Origin: Mobula hypostoma
Lineage: Eukaryota
Reading direction: 5' to 3'
Length of the DNA stretch: 64,000 nucleotides
Assembly (NCBI RefSeq): GCF_963921235.1
Contig: NC_086097.1
Location: 139,936,001-140,000,000 of the forward strand
The notes beneath the pieces were generated by a model. The model did no database searches. It worked only from the letters and a program-made list of their open reading frames with translations, and was not told where the DNA came from. Both the position numbers and the translations under genes were made by a program. Below are positions 1 to 12,664 of this stretch, in pieces; positions within the stretch are counted from its first letter, which is position 1, and each line of letters starts with the position of its first letter.

Positions 1-211
1 CAACCATTTATTTCACATCAGTGTACAGATGTGGTGGAGAAAAGCATTGTAGGAGGCAATGCGATGCTACCAAGCTGACCAATCACAGTTGTTGCGGTCT
101 GTGTCGCTGCGACGTATGAGTTACTTTTTTGGGGAGGTGCACGTCACCCTACGGCATAGGATACGCGGTACCTATAGCGTACGTTTGACGCAGAAGTATA
201 AAAATCAGGCT
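1..211. mobile_element. Terminus of a non-autonomous DNA transposon, possibly PIF/Harbinger-like (runs off window start)
   Basis: CpG-rich segment ending ...gacgcagaagtataaaaatcaggct followed by TAA; resembles fish Harbinger-type termini with a TAA/TTA target; partner end not visible. Confidence 0.35.
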
Positions 212-1381
212 TAAGATATTCACAGTCTGAATCAGTTTGCATATCTAATTATCATGACAATAACCACTCCTTGGAGTTCCTGCACTGCAGGCATTTCTCT
301 TTTAAAATGTTAATCCATCTGGCAATTTCTAATACCTCAAGTTTAGCAGAAATGGTTTCTAATGGTTCAATGTTTAAAATCTAGAGCTTTGTCATTTTTC
401 AGCAACTGCAAGGAACCTTCAAATGGCTTTATTTAAAAGCTTTCACACTTTCACTCACTAACCAGAAGTAAATCTGGATTTTTCCTACATTGTATGTAGG
501 TCAAAACATATCCATATTTCATTTTTGGTCCTCAGAATTGCATTTTCATTGACCTTTTGTTTTTGGATTGTTTTACTTTTAGAGCTGGTTTTGGTAATCT
601 GACACAAGGAGTGGAAAATCCTCTTAGATTTAATTTCCTGTTAAGAATTCACTCTCTTTCAGTATCTTTGCTCCCGGATCTTGCAATCTCACTTCCTGAA
701 GCGCTAATCAGTTTTCAGATTGGAACTGTTGTTTGTATGTCACAGATTTTTAATCCTCTGAAGTAGTTCTTCTTAAGTAGTTAAATGAAATTCCTGGTAT
801 TTTACCAGGCAGAGAAGCAGTAGCACGGGAACTTCTGTCAATTTGTGAACTCACAAATATAATGAGCAAATGTAATTGTTTGATGGGAATAGCTATGACA
901 AAATTATTAGTGTTTGGTTGTCAGTTAGTTGTCTCTTCCTTCTGACCTTCTCCATTCCCAATCACTCCTCAATGCTGTCAGGGAGGAGGAAGTATCAGGT
1001 AGAATCAGTCTGTTAAATCTATAACAAATGGTGCAAAATACGTTGAGCACTATATTAAATGTTATTTTATTCTCATTTGGTTTCTGGATGTTACTGACAG
1101 GACTAGCATTCACTGCTGGTCCGCAGTGACTGTGAGAAGATGGTGTTTATCTGTTGGAATGTAAATCAAAAGAAGGGTAGACTCTGTATTTCTGAAATGA
1201 AACTAGAAAAGTTTGGAAGCACTCACCAGGTCAGGCGACATCTGTGGAGTGATATTGAGTTAACTTTTAGGTCAATGATCCATCATCAGAATGAACTTCG
1301 TTATTGTGCTTTCAGAACTGAATAGCTAACTGGGCCATCTTAGAGTAATTTTGAATCAAACAGATCCTGCCTGGAGGTGTA

Positions 1382-2641
1382 CCATAAATTCCGGTGTATA
1401 AACTGAGAATTTGGCCCTAAATTTTGTCCTAAAATTAGGGGGTCAGCTTATACAGAGGGTGCCAACTTTGGAAAAACGAATACACAGAAGACAGGTCGTA
1501 TTTATTGGCTGTTTTTGAGTCAAATTTGTTCCACTGTTGACGCATGAATTCTTTGAATGGTTTGTTTAAACTCACATCTAGTGGCTGGAGCATGGACATC
1601 AAACCACCGGAGATGACTGCAGTGTCCGTATTTTCAGCTTTCAATGCTGCTTTTGTCTCACCTGACAAGTGCACTTTGAACGTGTCCCAGACAAGTAGCT
1701 TCTTTTCCTTCCCGAAATCTTCTGGACGTTGATGCCACACCTCTTTAACCCACTTCAAGCAACCCGCTTCGTCCATCCAGCAGCATTTTTGGACGTAAAC
1801 GACAACACCCCACGGGAATTTTCTGAGCAATCTTTGTTTTTTGTCTCAATACAAGATCATGTCTATTCATAAATCGGGTGCACCAAACTTCGCATAGCTT
1901 TGAAATTTTCGCTGACCTTACGGTGTTTTTCATCCCATTTCAACGCTTGAACTCAAATCATTTCTTTGGTAACAATGTACCCAGACGATCGCTGGTGATT
2001 CATCTACTCTAAAACTTTTTCTTCCAGTTCTGGCCACTGGCATATTTTCCCGCGGTTTGCACATTTTGCCTTTGGCCTTTTTCCCTCAGCGTGTCCTCTG
2101 CCTTTCTCTACTCTCTCACTTGTTTCTCGTTTACACTAAACTTCTTAGCAGCTGCAGAATTATTCATTCCTTTAGCAAAATCAACAACCTTCAGCTTGAA
2201 GCCAGCATCATATCACATTCGTTTTAATCTTTTGTACGTGGTGGTCGCAAACTCAATACTGAGTACACGTATGGATCCTACCACCCCAGGTTATGTCTTA
2301 ACGAGATTACAATGGGCGCTAAATGGTTTCACGGGGGTTACATTTCAGAGGATTCTTTACCATTGGAGACCTAATCTAAAATTTCCCTCCCTGATTCATT
2401 TATTAAGAATTCGCTTATAACCCCCTACAATGTGTAGGCCTGTTTTCTTAGCAGGTACTGGTCCACAAAATTTCCAGGTTCTGGTACGGCAAAGCTGAGT
2501 ACTGGCATGTGAGATCTTGCGATCTTTTCTGGTTAAATCAAAACCCTATACAAAAGGGGTTGGCTTATACAAAGGTAACATGAAAAAGTCACTTTTTTAA
2601 GCTTGAAAATGGGGGGTTGGCTTATACTCTGGAATATACGG
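1382..2641 (-). mobile_element. pogo/Tigger (POGK-like) DNA transposon, internally deleted
   Basis: TIRs ccataaattccggtgtataa / ttatactctggaatatacgg, TA on both sides; Brinker-like DBD (YDAGFKLKVVDFAK), CENP-B HTH remnant and DDE_1 C-terminal part (LLVWDTFKVH, LQPLDVSLNKPFK). Confidence 0.88.
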
Positions 2642-2874
2642 TATTTATGCTACAAACTGTAGATTGGTGAAGGGACAACAAGTGTCCTTCTTTGCCCATT
2701 TGTGAGTTAGATGATTTTATAACTTTGGTAGTTATGCTATTCTGCAGATATTGGGAATTTAAATTGATGCATCCCTACCATGTTATATGAACTTGTTCCT
2801 CCTGATTACTGATCTCTCCAGTAGACGGTTTATTGGTCTTGCATTTCTTTAGTGCTTTTCTTAGGCTTAAGATG

Positions 2875-3075
2875 ACACAAAGCACTTTTCAATTGATGAA
2901 GTGAGATCCCTGTTCCAGAGGAAAGATAGCAACCAAACCTATGCAGAAATATGTTAAGAAGCAAGCAGTGTCTTTAGTTTTGTAATTTGATTGAGGGATC
3001 AAAATTGACTATAGAATAATTCACATTCTCTTCAAAATACTTCCTGGAATCTTACACTGGGTGGGCAGGTGAGAC
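2875..3075 (-). mobile_element. Ancient Deu-domain SINE remnant
   Basis: decayed match to shark Deu-SINE core (ttgattgagggat..aaattg...ctcttcaaaata...ggaatcttac); similar remnant near 7660-7930. Confidence 0.4.
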
Positions 3076-3634
3076 CCTCCTTTTTCTCATCTTTCTGCTG
3101 TGCCTTGGCAACTTCATCCTCAAACTGTCAGCTTCCTTGTGCTGTTTGACAACTTGCCACCTTTAGGAGCATCTCCTGGGTATTCGAGATTCAGTGCTGG
3201 CTGTGCAGAAATTTCCTTACACTAAGCTATTATTTAAAATTCTAGCCACATACTGAATATACTTCCCAACTACTGACTCTAATCATTTCCCTGGATATTG
3301 TCTGATGCTGATTCAGATTCATCGTAACTCGTATAAATGCTGACCTTGATGAGATCTAGACTGGTGATCCAATAATGTGGTCACCCTGCTAATCACCCTG
3401 TATGTTTAGACATGCATAAAAGAAGTGTGCATTTGGAAAGCCCTGTGAAAACTTGGTATTATATAAAATGTGAATTCCAGAATTGTAGAAAGTTACAACA
3501 GAGAAGAAGGCCATTTGGCCAATTGGAGAAACTCGGGTCAGGCAGCATCTGTCAGAGCTTGCATCGTACACTGGGGTACTCTCTTCAGTTACCTGGTGAG
3601 ATAACTGTATCCTTTGGCCAGAGTAGACGTAATC

Positions 3635-4162
3635 AGGTGCTCCTTATTCGAAGAAGGATATATTACCTTTGGTGCAGAGGAGGTTCACCAGTTTGATTAC
3701 AGAGATGAAGGGGTTAGACTATGAGGAGAGATTGAGTCGCATGGGACTGTGCTTGGTGGAATTCAGAAGAATGAGAGGAGATCTTATAGAAACATATAAA
3801 ATTATGAAAGAGGTAGACAAGATAGAGGCAGGAAAGGTGTTTCCACTGGTAGGTGAGACTAGAACTAGGGGACATAGCTTCAATATTCTGGGGAGTAGCT
3901 TTAAGATGGAGAAGAGGAAGAACTGCTTTTCCCAGAGAGTGGTGAATCTGTAGAATTCTCTGCCCAGTGAAGCAATAGAGGCTACCTCCGTAAATATACT
4001 TAAGACAAAGTTGGATAGATTTTTACATAGTAGGGGAATTGAGGGTTATGGGGAAAGGACAGGTAAGGTGGAGATGAATCCATGGCCAGATCTTATTGAA
4101 TGGCGGATCAGGCTTGACGGGCCAGGTGGCCTACTCCTGCTCCTGTTTCTTATGTTCTTATG
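3635..4162 (+). mobile_element. CR1 LINE 3' fragment
   Basis: ORF2 C-terminus (VQRRFT...RRMRGDLIETYKIM...RTRGHS...FSQRVVNL) and TTCTTATG tail. Confidence 0.9.
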
Positions 4163-4164
4163 AG

Positions 4165-4558
4165 CTGCTTGGTTCTTGCTCTTTTAATCAAGGCCCAGCA
4201 CAGACAGCAACCTCCATGCTGACCTTGCCAGGAACCCTCTATAGCCAGTCTCCACAGGGAATAGCCACGCCTGCCATCCTTTGTCCCTGCACTTCTGGAC
4301 TAAGGACTGGAACTTCGGGGCCTTCCTGTCATGAGCCTCCTCGCATCCTTCCTCCCATGGTACTGTGAGCTCCACCAGGATGATTTTCCTGTCTTCAGCA
4401 GACCACAGTACAATGTTTGGTTGCATTGTGGTTTGCACCATTTCCGGGAACTGCAGCTTCCTCCTCACATTGACCCTCATCTCCCATGATTTGGCAGTTT
4501 GCAATGGATTGGATTTAGGCTTTTTTGATATGTCTGGTGTGGCCCTCTCCTTGATAAA
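4165..4558 (-). mobile_element. Restriction-like endonuclease domain fragment of a HERO/R2-group non-LTR retrotransposon
   Basis: QPNIVLWS..RKIILVELTVPWEEGCEEAHDRK..KF..LV..CRDKGWQAWLFPVETGYRGF, matching the RPD..IELTVPWE..K..KY..GCRGF RLE signature. Confidence 0.8.
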
Positions 4559-4562
4559 TAAA

Positions 4563-4600
4563 CAGTCGATGTTTCAGGCCAAGAACCTTCATCAGGTCTG
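4563..4600 (-). ncRNA. Minimal hammerhead ribozyme motif in a Penelope pLTR remnant
   Basis: minus strand cagac-CTGATGA-aggttcttggcct-GAAA-ca-TC-gactg; core intact, stems I and III carry mismatches. Confidence 0.55.
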
Positions 4601-5224
4601 GAAAGAATGTGTGTGTGTTATTTACGCATTCTAATTTCACAGCTATAATGCTGATGCCTTACAGGCTGTAGTTCCAGGTGCCTAAATGTGATGGGGTTTC
4701 ACTACCTCTATGTCTTCAGCCAGTGATTGAACCACATCCTTATCTTCTAGTAAGCAAATGCTCCCAAGCCCCACCCCATCTTTTCTCATAGAGAAACAAG
4801 CCCTTCAGCTCACCAAGTCTGTTCCAACCATCAGTCATACACTTACGTTAATCCCACAACCCCAGTTAGCTTTGCTGCTGAGGGAAATGAATCTTCCCCA
4901 CTCACCCTGTTTGGGCTGCTTGTTATACATCTCAGTCAAATATTCCAGCTCTTACCCTTGCTATAAAGAAAACAACCCCACCCATGTCCAGTCTGTCCTT
5001 GTCGCTCTTTACAGTGCTTGTATCGTTCTCTTATTTAATACATCCTTCCTGTGGTGGTGTAACCAGAATTGCGTTTGCTACTCTAGTTGTGATGTGATTA
5101 ATGGCTTACACAGTTCCAACAATACCCCAAAACCCAGTAGTAGCGAATATCCCACATCTTAATTTATCTCGAGTCATAGAGAAGTACAGCACAGAAACAA
5201 GCCCTTTGGCCCATCTAGTCCATC

Positions 5225-5302
5225 CCTGAAATGCCGACTGTGCTCTTTTCCATAGACGCTGCCTGGCCTGCTGAGTCCCCCCAGCATTTTGTGTGTGCTG
5301 CT
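5225..5302 (+). mobile_element. Penelope pLTR 3' remnant (hammerhead core absent)
   Basis: gactgtgctcttttccatagacgctgcctggcctgctgag...cattttgtgtgtg, same family as 43826-44022. Confidence 0.7.
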
Positions 5303-5334
5303 TTATGATATGGAGAGAAAGCTGTTGCCTATAT

Positions 5335-5780
5335 AGCAAGCACCCCATCTCCACGCATCTGATGAACCCAAAGGAACGGCAAAGACCAATACAATGTGGC
5401 ACCAGCGTCGTTGCAGGAATTGCCAGTCAACGTTGAACTCAACGTAGGACAGCCTTGGGGACTCCAGCTTCAGATTTTTCCCTCTGGGTTTACTCCCAAA
5501 CCTTTCCCCATGAGTAGGTATAGCTGCAAGGTAGCAGAGGTTTGAGATCAGAGTTTTCCTTCTCCTAGATGAGCTGCCAACCACAACTGACGAGCCCTAT
5601 CTGCCCAAAGTGACTGGTTTTAAGGCACCAGTAACCTGCCTTTGCCCCTTCTCCTGTCAATAGAAACCTGAAGGCCTTGGTTGTCAGGGGCTATTTGAGG
5701 CGAACGCCACTGGGAGCATTTAATAGGTAGTGGGAGCTTACCCTCACTACTACCCCTGCCTATGACAACTTTAAGGAACG
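5335..5780 (-). mobile_element. RTE-related non-coding element (5' UTR-like)
   Basis: gagttttccttctcctagatgagctgcc..gacgagccctatctgccc block typical of RTE 5' regions; second copy at 13430-14000. Confidence 0.55.
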
Positions 5781-5789
5781 GGTCGGTTC

Positions 5790-7510
5790 CTACCAAAGTG
5801 CAAAATCTCGCGCTTGTCTGCATTAAATTCCATCTGCCATTTTTCAGCCCATTTTTCCAGTTGATGCAGATCCCCCTGCAAGCTGTGAAAGCCTTCCTCA
5901 CTGTCCACTACATCCCAAAGCTGGTGTCATCTGCAAATTTGCTGATCCAGTTAACCACATTATCATCCAGATCATTGATGACAAATAACAAAGGACCCAG
6001 CACCGATCCCTGCGGCACATCACCAGTCACAGGCCTCCAGTGAGAGAGGCAACCCTCTACTACCACCCTGTGGGTTCTCCCACAAAGCCAATGTCTAATC
6101 CAATTTACTACCTCATCCTGAATGCAAGTGACTGAACCTTCTTGACCCACCACCATGCGAGACTTTGTCAAATGCCTTACCTTATAGACCAGCGGTCCCC
6201 AACCACCGGGCCGCAAAGCATGTGCTACCGGGCCGTGAGGAAATGATATGATTTGGCGATAGGAGTCAGCTGCACCTTTCCTCATTCCCTGTCACACCCA
6301 CTGTTGGAACTTGAATGCACGTGAGCTCATTACGCATGTGAGGTCATTACCCACGCGTCATCCATGTCAGCGCGGGAAGGAGATCAACTCCTCGAGCTTG
6401 CAAATGACGGTGGGTTGAAAAGTATGTTTGACATAACATCTCTGCCGGCATTCTGGATCAAAGTCAAGGCTAAATATCCTGAGATAGCCACGAAAGCACT
6501 GAAAACGTTGCTTCCATTTCCAACATCATATCTCTGCAATGAATGCAACAGAAACAAAATTGCAGAATAGACTGGACATAAGGAACCCCCTTCGAGTATC
6601 TCTGTCTCCCATCACCCCTCAGTGGGACTGTCTTGTTGCAGGGAAACAAGCCCAGGGCTCCCACTGATTCAGCGATATTGGTGTGTTGCAATGATTTTAT
6701 ATGTTCATACAGGGAAAATATGCACTGTGTGTTTAATATCCAAACGTTACTTAAAATGTTATGATGCTGTTGACTTATAAGTGACCTATATAACCATATA
6801 ACAATTACAGCACGGAAACAGGTGATCTCGGCCCTTCTAGTCCATGCCGAACGCTACTCTCACCTAGTCCCACCGACCTGCACTCAGCCCATAACCCTCC
6901 ATTTCTTTCCTGTCCATATACCTATCCAATTTTTCTTTAAATGATAATATCGAATCTGCCTCTACCACTTCTTCCGGAAGTTCGTTCAACACTTACTTCA
7001 AGCTCCCCTGTCCTCCCCTGATAATTGACTTATCACTATATTCATGTGAGGAAAATATGCGCTGTGTGTTTAATATTAAATTCGTTAGATACACCCTTTT
7101 AGAGATGAAATTGAGTGTATTAGCCACTTATCACCTATATTCCGGTCGTGATTAACCCCCCCCCCCGAACAGAATCACCAAAAATGGGGAAAAAAATCGG
7201 CAGGTACACGCATGCGCACTGGTGCCCGCGCAAGGCTTCATGGTCATTGTAGTCTTTCTCGGGGTAAACACAACGTATTTGACTGCTACTCTTGTCCGTT
7301 AGCAATCCTACCCCCCCCCACCCCCCCACCACCGCAGTCGGCCGGTCTGCAAGAATATTGTCAATAATAAACCAGTCTGTAGTGCAAAAAAGGTTGGGGA
7401 CCCCTGATATACACAACATCCACTGGCTTGTATTCATCCACTTTCCTGGTAACTTCCTCGAAAAACTCTGTAAGATTGGTTAGACATGATGTACCATGCA
7501 TGAAGCCAAT
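5790..7510 (-). mobile_element. CR1 RT fragment split by a hAT insertion
   Basis: [30 protein letters not shown]; sequence resumes at 7407 after the hAT element. Confidence 0.85.
6190..7406 (+). mobile_element. hAT-Charlie (Charlie3/MER1-like) non-autonomous transposon carrying a CR1 3' tail
   Basis: TIRs CAGCGGTCCCCAACC / GGTTGGGGACCCCTG; decayed 8-bp TSD ttatagac/atatacac; transposase C-terminus (FW..VKAKYPEIATKALKTLLPFPTSYLC ... GKQAQGSH); minus-strand CR1 tail at about 6790-6990. Confidence 0.88.
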
Positions 7511-7949
7511 CTACTTCTGTGTACCAGACTTGCTATCTTCAGGGTATGTACACGTCAGTTCTGTTCAATATTCTTTCATATATTGTTTATTCGCTTGCCT
7601 CAGTCGCCCTATTAAACAGAACTCTGCCATTAGATTTCTCAGCTGCTAGCTGTAAAGAAAAAATGCCCAAAGCACTTTTAACCAGAGGTACTTCTGAACT
7701 GTAGTAATTAATATGTGAAGTCCAGTAGTTAATTTGCAGAAACTCACATGGTAAGCAATTGAACTTCATTTTTGATGATATTGGTGGGTGATTTTCTTTT
7801 CGGCCTGAAGATAGGAAGAACTTTTTCTGTTTAAATTTGCTATGGAATCTCTTACAGCTATCTTAAATGTCAGGATATTGGTGTTGACTGCTTCAGTTAT
7901 TTATGTATGGAATAAGGGCAGCATATATTTGCCTCGAAAGAAAGAGCCT

Positions 7950-9790
7950 TGAACAGGCTGCACCTGTGTCTTGTTGCAGAGACAGTCTTTCCGGTCAGTG
8001 GCTCTGCATCAGGTCAGAAGTCAGTGTCATCCTTTCACTCACTTAGAACTGATTTAGTTAAGATGACACAATTCAAACATATTGACCAAAAACCTGTGGA
8101 AGAAATTGTGTTACACCTGAAATCCTCCTCCTGTTCCCTCGACATTTTACCTACAACCTTTATTTTAAAAAAATGTTTTTAATTGCATGGTGCCAGACGT
8201 TCTGCAAATAATCTTCTATCAGCTTGCTTCCCAAAAGCATTGTAAACTGCAGTTATTAAGCCTCTTTTGAAAAAGAACAACCTAGATGCCTCAGTAATTA
8301 ATAACTACAGGCCTATATCAAACGTACCACGTTTAAGTAAAATCATTGAAAAGGTTGCTTATCAGCAACTTAATAGCTTTTTGGCACTAAGCAACTGTAT
8401 GAATGTTTTCTAGTCTGTATTTTGGCATCACCATAGCACTGAGAATATTCTGGTCAAGGTTTTAAATGACATCTGCTTAAACCATGATGATAAAATTTCA
8501 GTTTTCGTTTTACTGGATCTTAGTGCTACTTTTGACGCAGTTGACCATGGCATATTACTGGACAGACTGGACAACTGGGTGGGACTTTCCGGTACAGTAC
8601 TTAAGTAGTTTAAATTGTACTTTCAGAACAGGGACTATTTTGTATCGACTGGAAGCTGCATATCTGACCAAACAAAAATGACGTGGAGTGTCTCAAGGGT
8701 CCATATTAGGGCCTCTTCTGTTTAACATGTATATGCTCCCTCTAGCTCAAATCATAGTAAGCAAAGAAAATCTTGTTGCTTATGACACTAATTATGCAGA
8801 TGGCACTCAGATTTGTATAACAGTGTCATCAAGTGACTATGGCCCCATACAGTCACTAAAGAAACTGTACTGAACAAATCACTGATTGGATGAGCCAAAA
8901 TTTCCTCCAGTGAAACGAAGAGAAGCTGAAATAATTGTTTTTGGTGCCAAAAAAGAACAATTAAAAGTCAGTGCTCACTTCGAATCCCTGTCAGTACAGA
9001 CCCCAAACCAAGCCAGAAACCTTGGTGTTGTGATGGACTTCAACTTAAATTTTAACTGTCTCTTTAAGACAATTACAAAGGCAGCCTACTACCATCTTAA
9101 AAATATAGCGAGTTAAAGGGCTTATACCTCAGCAAGATCTCGAAAAACTTGTCCATGCATTTATTTTTGGTAGGCTTGGGTGCAGTAATGGTGTTTTCAC
9201 GTCTCTATATATAAAAAAAAATTCCACAGACAGCTTCAGCTCATTGAACGCTTCTGCTAGAGTCTTCACTAAGACCAAGAAAATAGAACATGTCACTCCA
9301 GTTCTCAGATTGCTACACTGGCTTCCTGTCCATCAGAGGATTGAGTTTAAAATATTACTACTGGTTTATAAAGCACCTAATGGTCTGGGGCCAAAATACA
9401 TCTCCAATCTCGTGCTGCGGTATGAACCTTCCCAAGCTCTCTAGGTCATCTAGGGTGGGTCTACTTACTGTCCTCAGGGTTAAAACTAAACATGGTGAAA
9501 CAGCTTTTAGTTACTATTCTCCACATATCTGGAATAACCTTCCAGAGGATCTGAAGCCTGCCCCAAATTTAATCTCTTTTAAATTGATGCGTAAAACTTT
9601 TCTTTTTGCTGTAGCTTTTAATTAGAATCTCCTACACTGTAACTTCTATTTATCATATCATTTTTTGTGGGACTTTATTCTCATATATTGTCTAAAATTT
9701 AATGTTTGATTTTTATATCTTCTATGTAAAGCACTTTGAACTGCCTTGTGTTTGAAAAGTGCAACACAAATAAACTTGCTTGCTTTCCTT
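7950..9790 (+). mobile_element. L2 LINE, 5'-truncated and decayed
   Basis: SSCSLDILPT, KPLLKK..LD...NYRPISN, QGSILGPLLF, YADGTQ, ARNLGV, HVTPVLRLLHWLPV; 3' end gtaaagcactttgaactgccttgtg...aataaacttgcttgc. Confidence 0.88.
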
Positions 9791-10249
9791 CTATTTGTAT
9801 TGTAATTAAAGCAGTTTTATTCTTTAAGTTGCCTAATGATTTAATGTGTAGAGAGTTGAAGAATGAATTGTTTGATTGCAACACATAAAATTCTGGAGGA
9901 ATTCAGCAAGTCAGACAGCATCTATGGAAACAAATAAACAATCTGCAGATTTTTTTCTCTTGTTTGTAATTCGTTTTGGCCTGAGACCTTTCTTCAAAAT
10001 TTTAATGGGCTGGTTGGGAGCTAATGCATTCCACTGGAGGGCGCTCCTGTTGAGCAAACTCAGTCTTCAGGCATCTACTGATGATGTGGCTATTTTCATG
10101 TGTGCTTCCAGTTCATGGAAAGGTGATTTTTTTCCCCCAGTTACCTCCCTGCCCCTGCCTCTTTAAGGAACCTGTGTTCTCTTCTCTATGTGGCATTTAA
10201 TAATTTTTACCCACATATGTATTGTACCCTCAGTTTGTCCATTTCTGTT

Positions 10250-10775
10250 GAGATTCAGAATGAGTTTTATTATCACTGACATGCTGTAAAATTTATTTGC
10301 ATCAGTAGTACATTAAAAAAAATTACTGTAAGTGACAATAAGCCTATATAAAAATGGTGTACAAAGAGAGCAGAATAGTGAGGTAGTGTTCATTGGTTAA
10401 TAGACCATTGATAAGTCTGACGGCAGAGAGGAAGAAGCTCTTCCTAAAAAGTTGAGTGTGTCTTCAGGCTCCTGTACCACCACCTTGATGATAGCAATGA
10501 GGAGAGGACATGTACTGGATGATGGGGTTCCTTAATGATGGATGCCACCTTTTTGAGGCATCACCTTCTGAGGATGTCCTCGATGCTAGGTGGGCTATTG
10601 CCCATGATGGAGCTGGCTGAGTTTACATCCATTTGCAGCTTTTTCCAATCCTGTGCATTGTGCCTCCATACCAGTAATGATGCAACTGGTCAGAATGCTG
10701 TCCATGTTATATCTGTAGCAATTTGCTGGAGTCTTAGGTGACATACTAAATCTCATGTTCCTAATGAAGTATAGT
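10250..10775 (-). mobile_element. Rex1/Babar LINE 3' fragment
   Basis: reverse complement of the 3' region of the element at 35340-37507, including the GATTCT-type tail. Confidence 0.75.
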
Positions 10776-11039
10776 GAGGAAAACAGATGGTTCTATGTTT
10801 ACAGATGAGTTGTTGGGATACATTAGGGGACCCAAGGTTGTGAAATTTTGATGAGTTGTACGTTGAAGTGGGGATGGGAAGGGGGCAAATGGGGAATTAA
10901 ATGAGTATGGGGACTGGGTGGACACATAAATCAGAAAATTACTAACACAAAGGATAAACTAATATGGACAGCAATGACTGAATAGCTTGTGTCCCTGCCT
11001 TAATTTCTGTATGTTTGAGATCCTATTATATTGAACAAC

Positions 11040-11220
11040 CACAAATCTAGTCATTACATATTTCCATATTTACCTGTGTTCTGCCCATCCATCCCTGTTT
11101 GCTAATTGGGTCACTTTATCTAGTTTTAAGACTTGTGTGAAGATCTGATCACATTTTAGGTTATATTTATGCAGAAATAGAGAAAATTCTAAAGGGTTCA
11201 CTAACTTTCTAGCACCACTG
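11040..11220 (+). mobile_element. Tc1-like transposon single end
   Basis: ...aagggttcactaactttctagcaccactg followed by TA; Tc1-type CAGTG terminus, different family from 54859-56433. Confidence 0.65.
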
Positions 11221-11222
11221 TA

Positions 11223-11890
11223 TATCCTTCATGATTTTATATAACTGTCAAATATCCCCTCAGTCTTTTATGTTCTATGGAATAAAGTCCAAACCTATTT
11301 AATCATTCTCTACAACACAGGTCTTCAAATCCTGGCAATGTAGATTTTCTCTGCACTTTTTCAATCTTATTTATATTTTTCCTATAGGTCGGTGACCAAA
11401 ATTCCATACGATACTCCAAATAAGGCCTCACCAATGTCATATACAATTTCAACATTATATCCCAACTCCTGTACTCAGTACATTGATTTATGAAGGGCCA
11501 ATGTGCCAAAAGCTTTCTTTATGACCCTATCTACCTATGATGCCACTTTCAAGAAATTATGGATCTGTATTCCCAGATTTCTCTGTTCTACCACACTCCT
11601 CAGTACCCTACTTTTCACTGTTAGACCTACCCTCACACTTGTCTGCATTAAATTCCATCTACCATTTCTCAACCCACTCTTCCAGCCAGTCCAGATCACA
11701 CTGCAAGCTTTGATAGTCTTCCTCACTTACCACTACAGCCCCAGTCTTGGTGTCATCCGTAAATTTGATGATCCAGTTTCCAGATCGTTAATATAGATGA
11801 CAAACAGCAATGGACCCCTGTGGCACAGTAGTAATCACAGGAATCAAGTCAGAGAGGCAACCATCTACAGCCCCCTGTCTGGCTCCTCAG
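11223..11890 (-). mobile_element. CR1 LINE fragment
   Basis: LKLYMTLVRPYLEY..FWSP..RK.I.KIEKVQR. Confidence 0.85.
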
Positions 11891-12606
11891 ACGTAATGAA
11901 AGCAGACTAAGCCTGTGACTATGGTAGCTCATGGAAAGTTTCCAATGGCTCCTATTCCTGCCAACTCTCAATCTTAAATGAAGCTAGCGGTTCAACTAAT
12001 TTATATTTTTATATTGGCGGTATATAAAGGATGATCAACATAAAGTAAGTTTTCAACTCTGAATATATTTCCTCTCTAAGTGTTTTACACTGAACTACGT
12101 AATTTTTATGTATAGGTTTTATATTTGAATACTTAATTGTGTTTGGGGGACTATTTCTCTGTCTTAATTTATCAATGTTCCAATTACTGCCCTTTATAAA
12201 CTACAGCCTGATACACCTATTTTATTGTATTTTGAGCCCAGCCCTGCAACTGTGTGGTTTAGCAATTTGCTGCTGCCAGTCACTCAATGTCACTGTACTC
12301 AAGGTGGACATTCCCAGGCACTATTCTCCCAGTGTCCTAGCCAACATTCATCACTTTCCAACTTAACCAAAGAAGAATATTCTTTGTTCTCACTTCTCAT
12401 TGGATGTGGATTGCTGCTGAGACAGTAGTGGTAGGAACAAAAGTCCAGGAAGAAGTGAGCACAAGCAATGCTGACAGGTTGCATTTGTTGAAGAGAAAAT
12501 GGCTCTGTATTAAGATAGTTAATGGGTATCAAACTGTGAAACTTTACTGAATATTGCAAAATGTTCTGAGAAATTAGATTGTAAACAATATTTTTTTCTT
12601 TTCCAG

Positions 12607-12664
12607 TGGGAGCAGGTTTGGTGGAATAATCACTGTAGCTTGCTTTTTTTTCAATCATGGTGAG
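12607..12664 (+). CDS. DPY19L1: DPY19-like C-mannosyltransferase, coding exon (first seen in window)
   Basis: ttttccag acceptor and GTAAGT donor; 58 nt, phase 2 to 0; translates (S)GSRFGGIITVACFFFNHGE, matching the DPY19 FFFNHGE motif. Confidence 0.9.

Noticed and set aside
1435..2250. POGK host gene
   Set aside because: Bounded by TIRs and TA, internally deleted, no KRAB exon or splice structure
1..12606. Upstream DPY19 exon (GLGDP..FY) and promoter
   Set aside because: Not found by eye; probably outside the window. The poorly conserved exon after 56711 was also not identified
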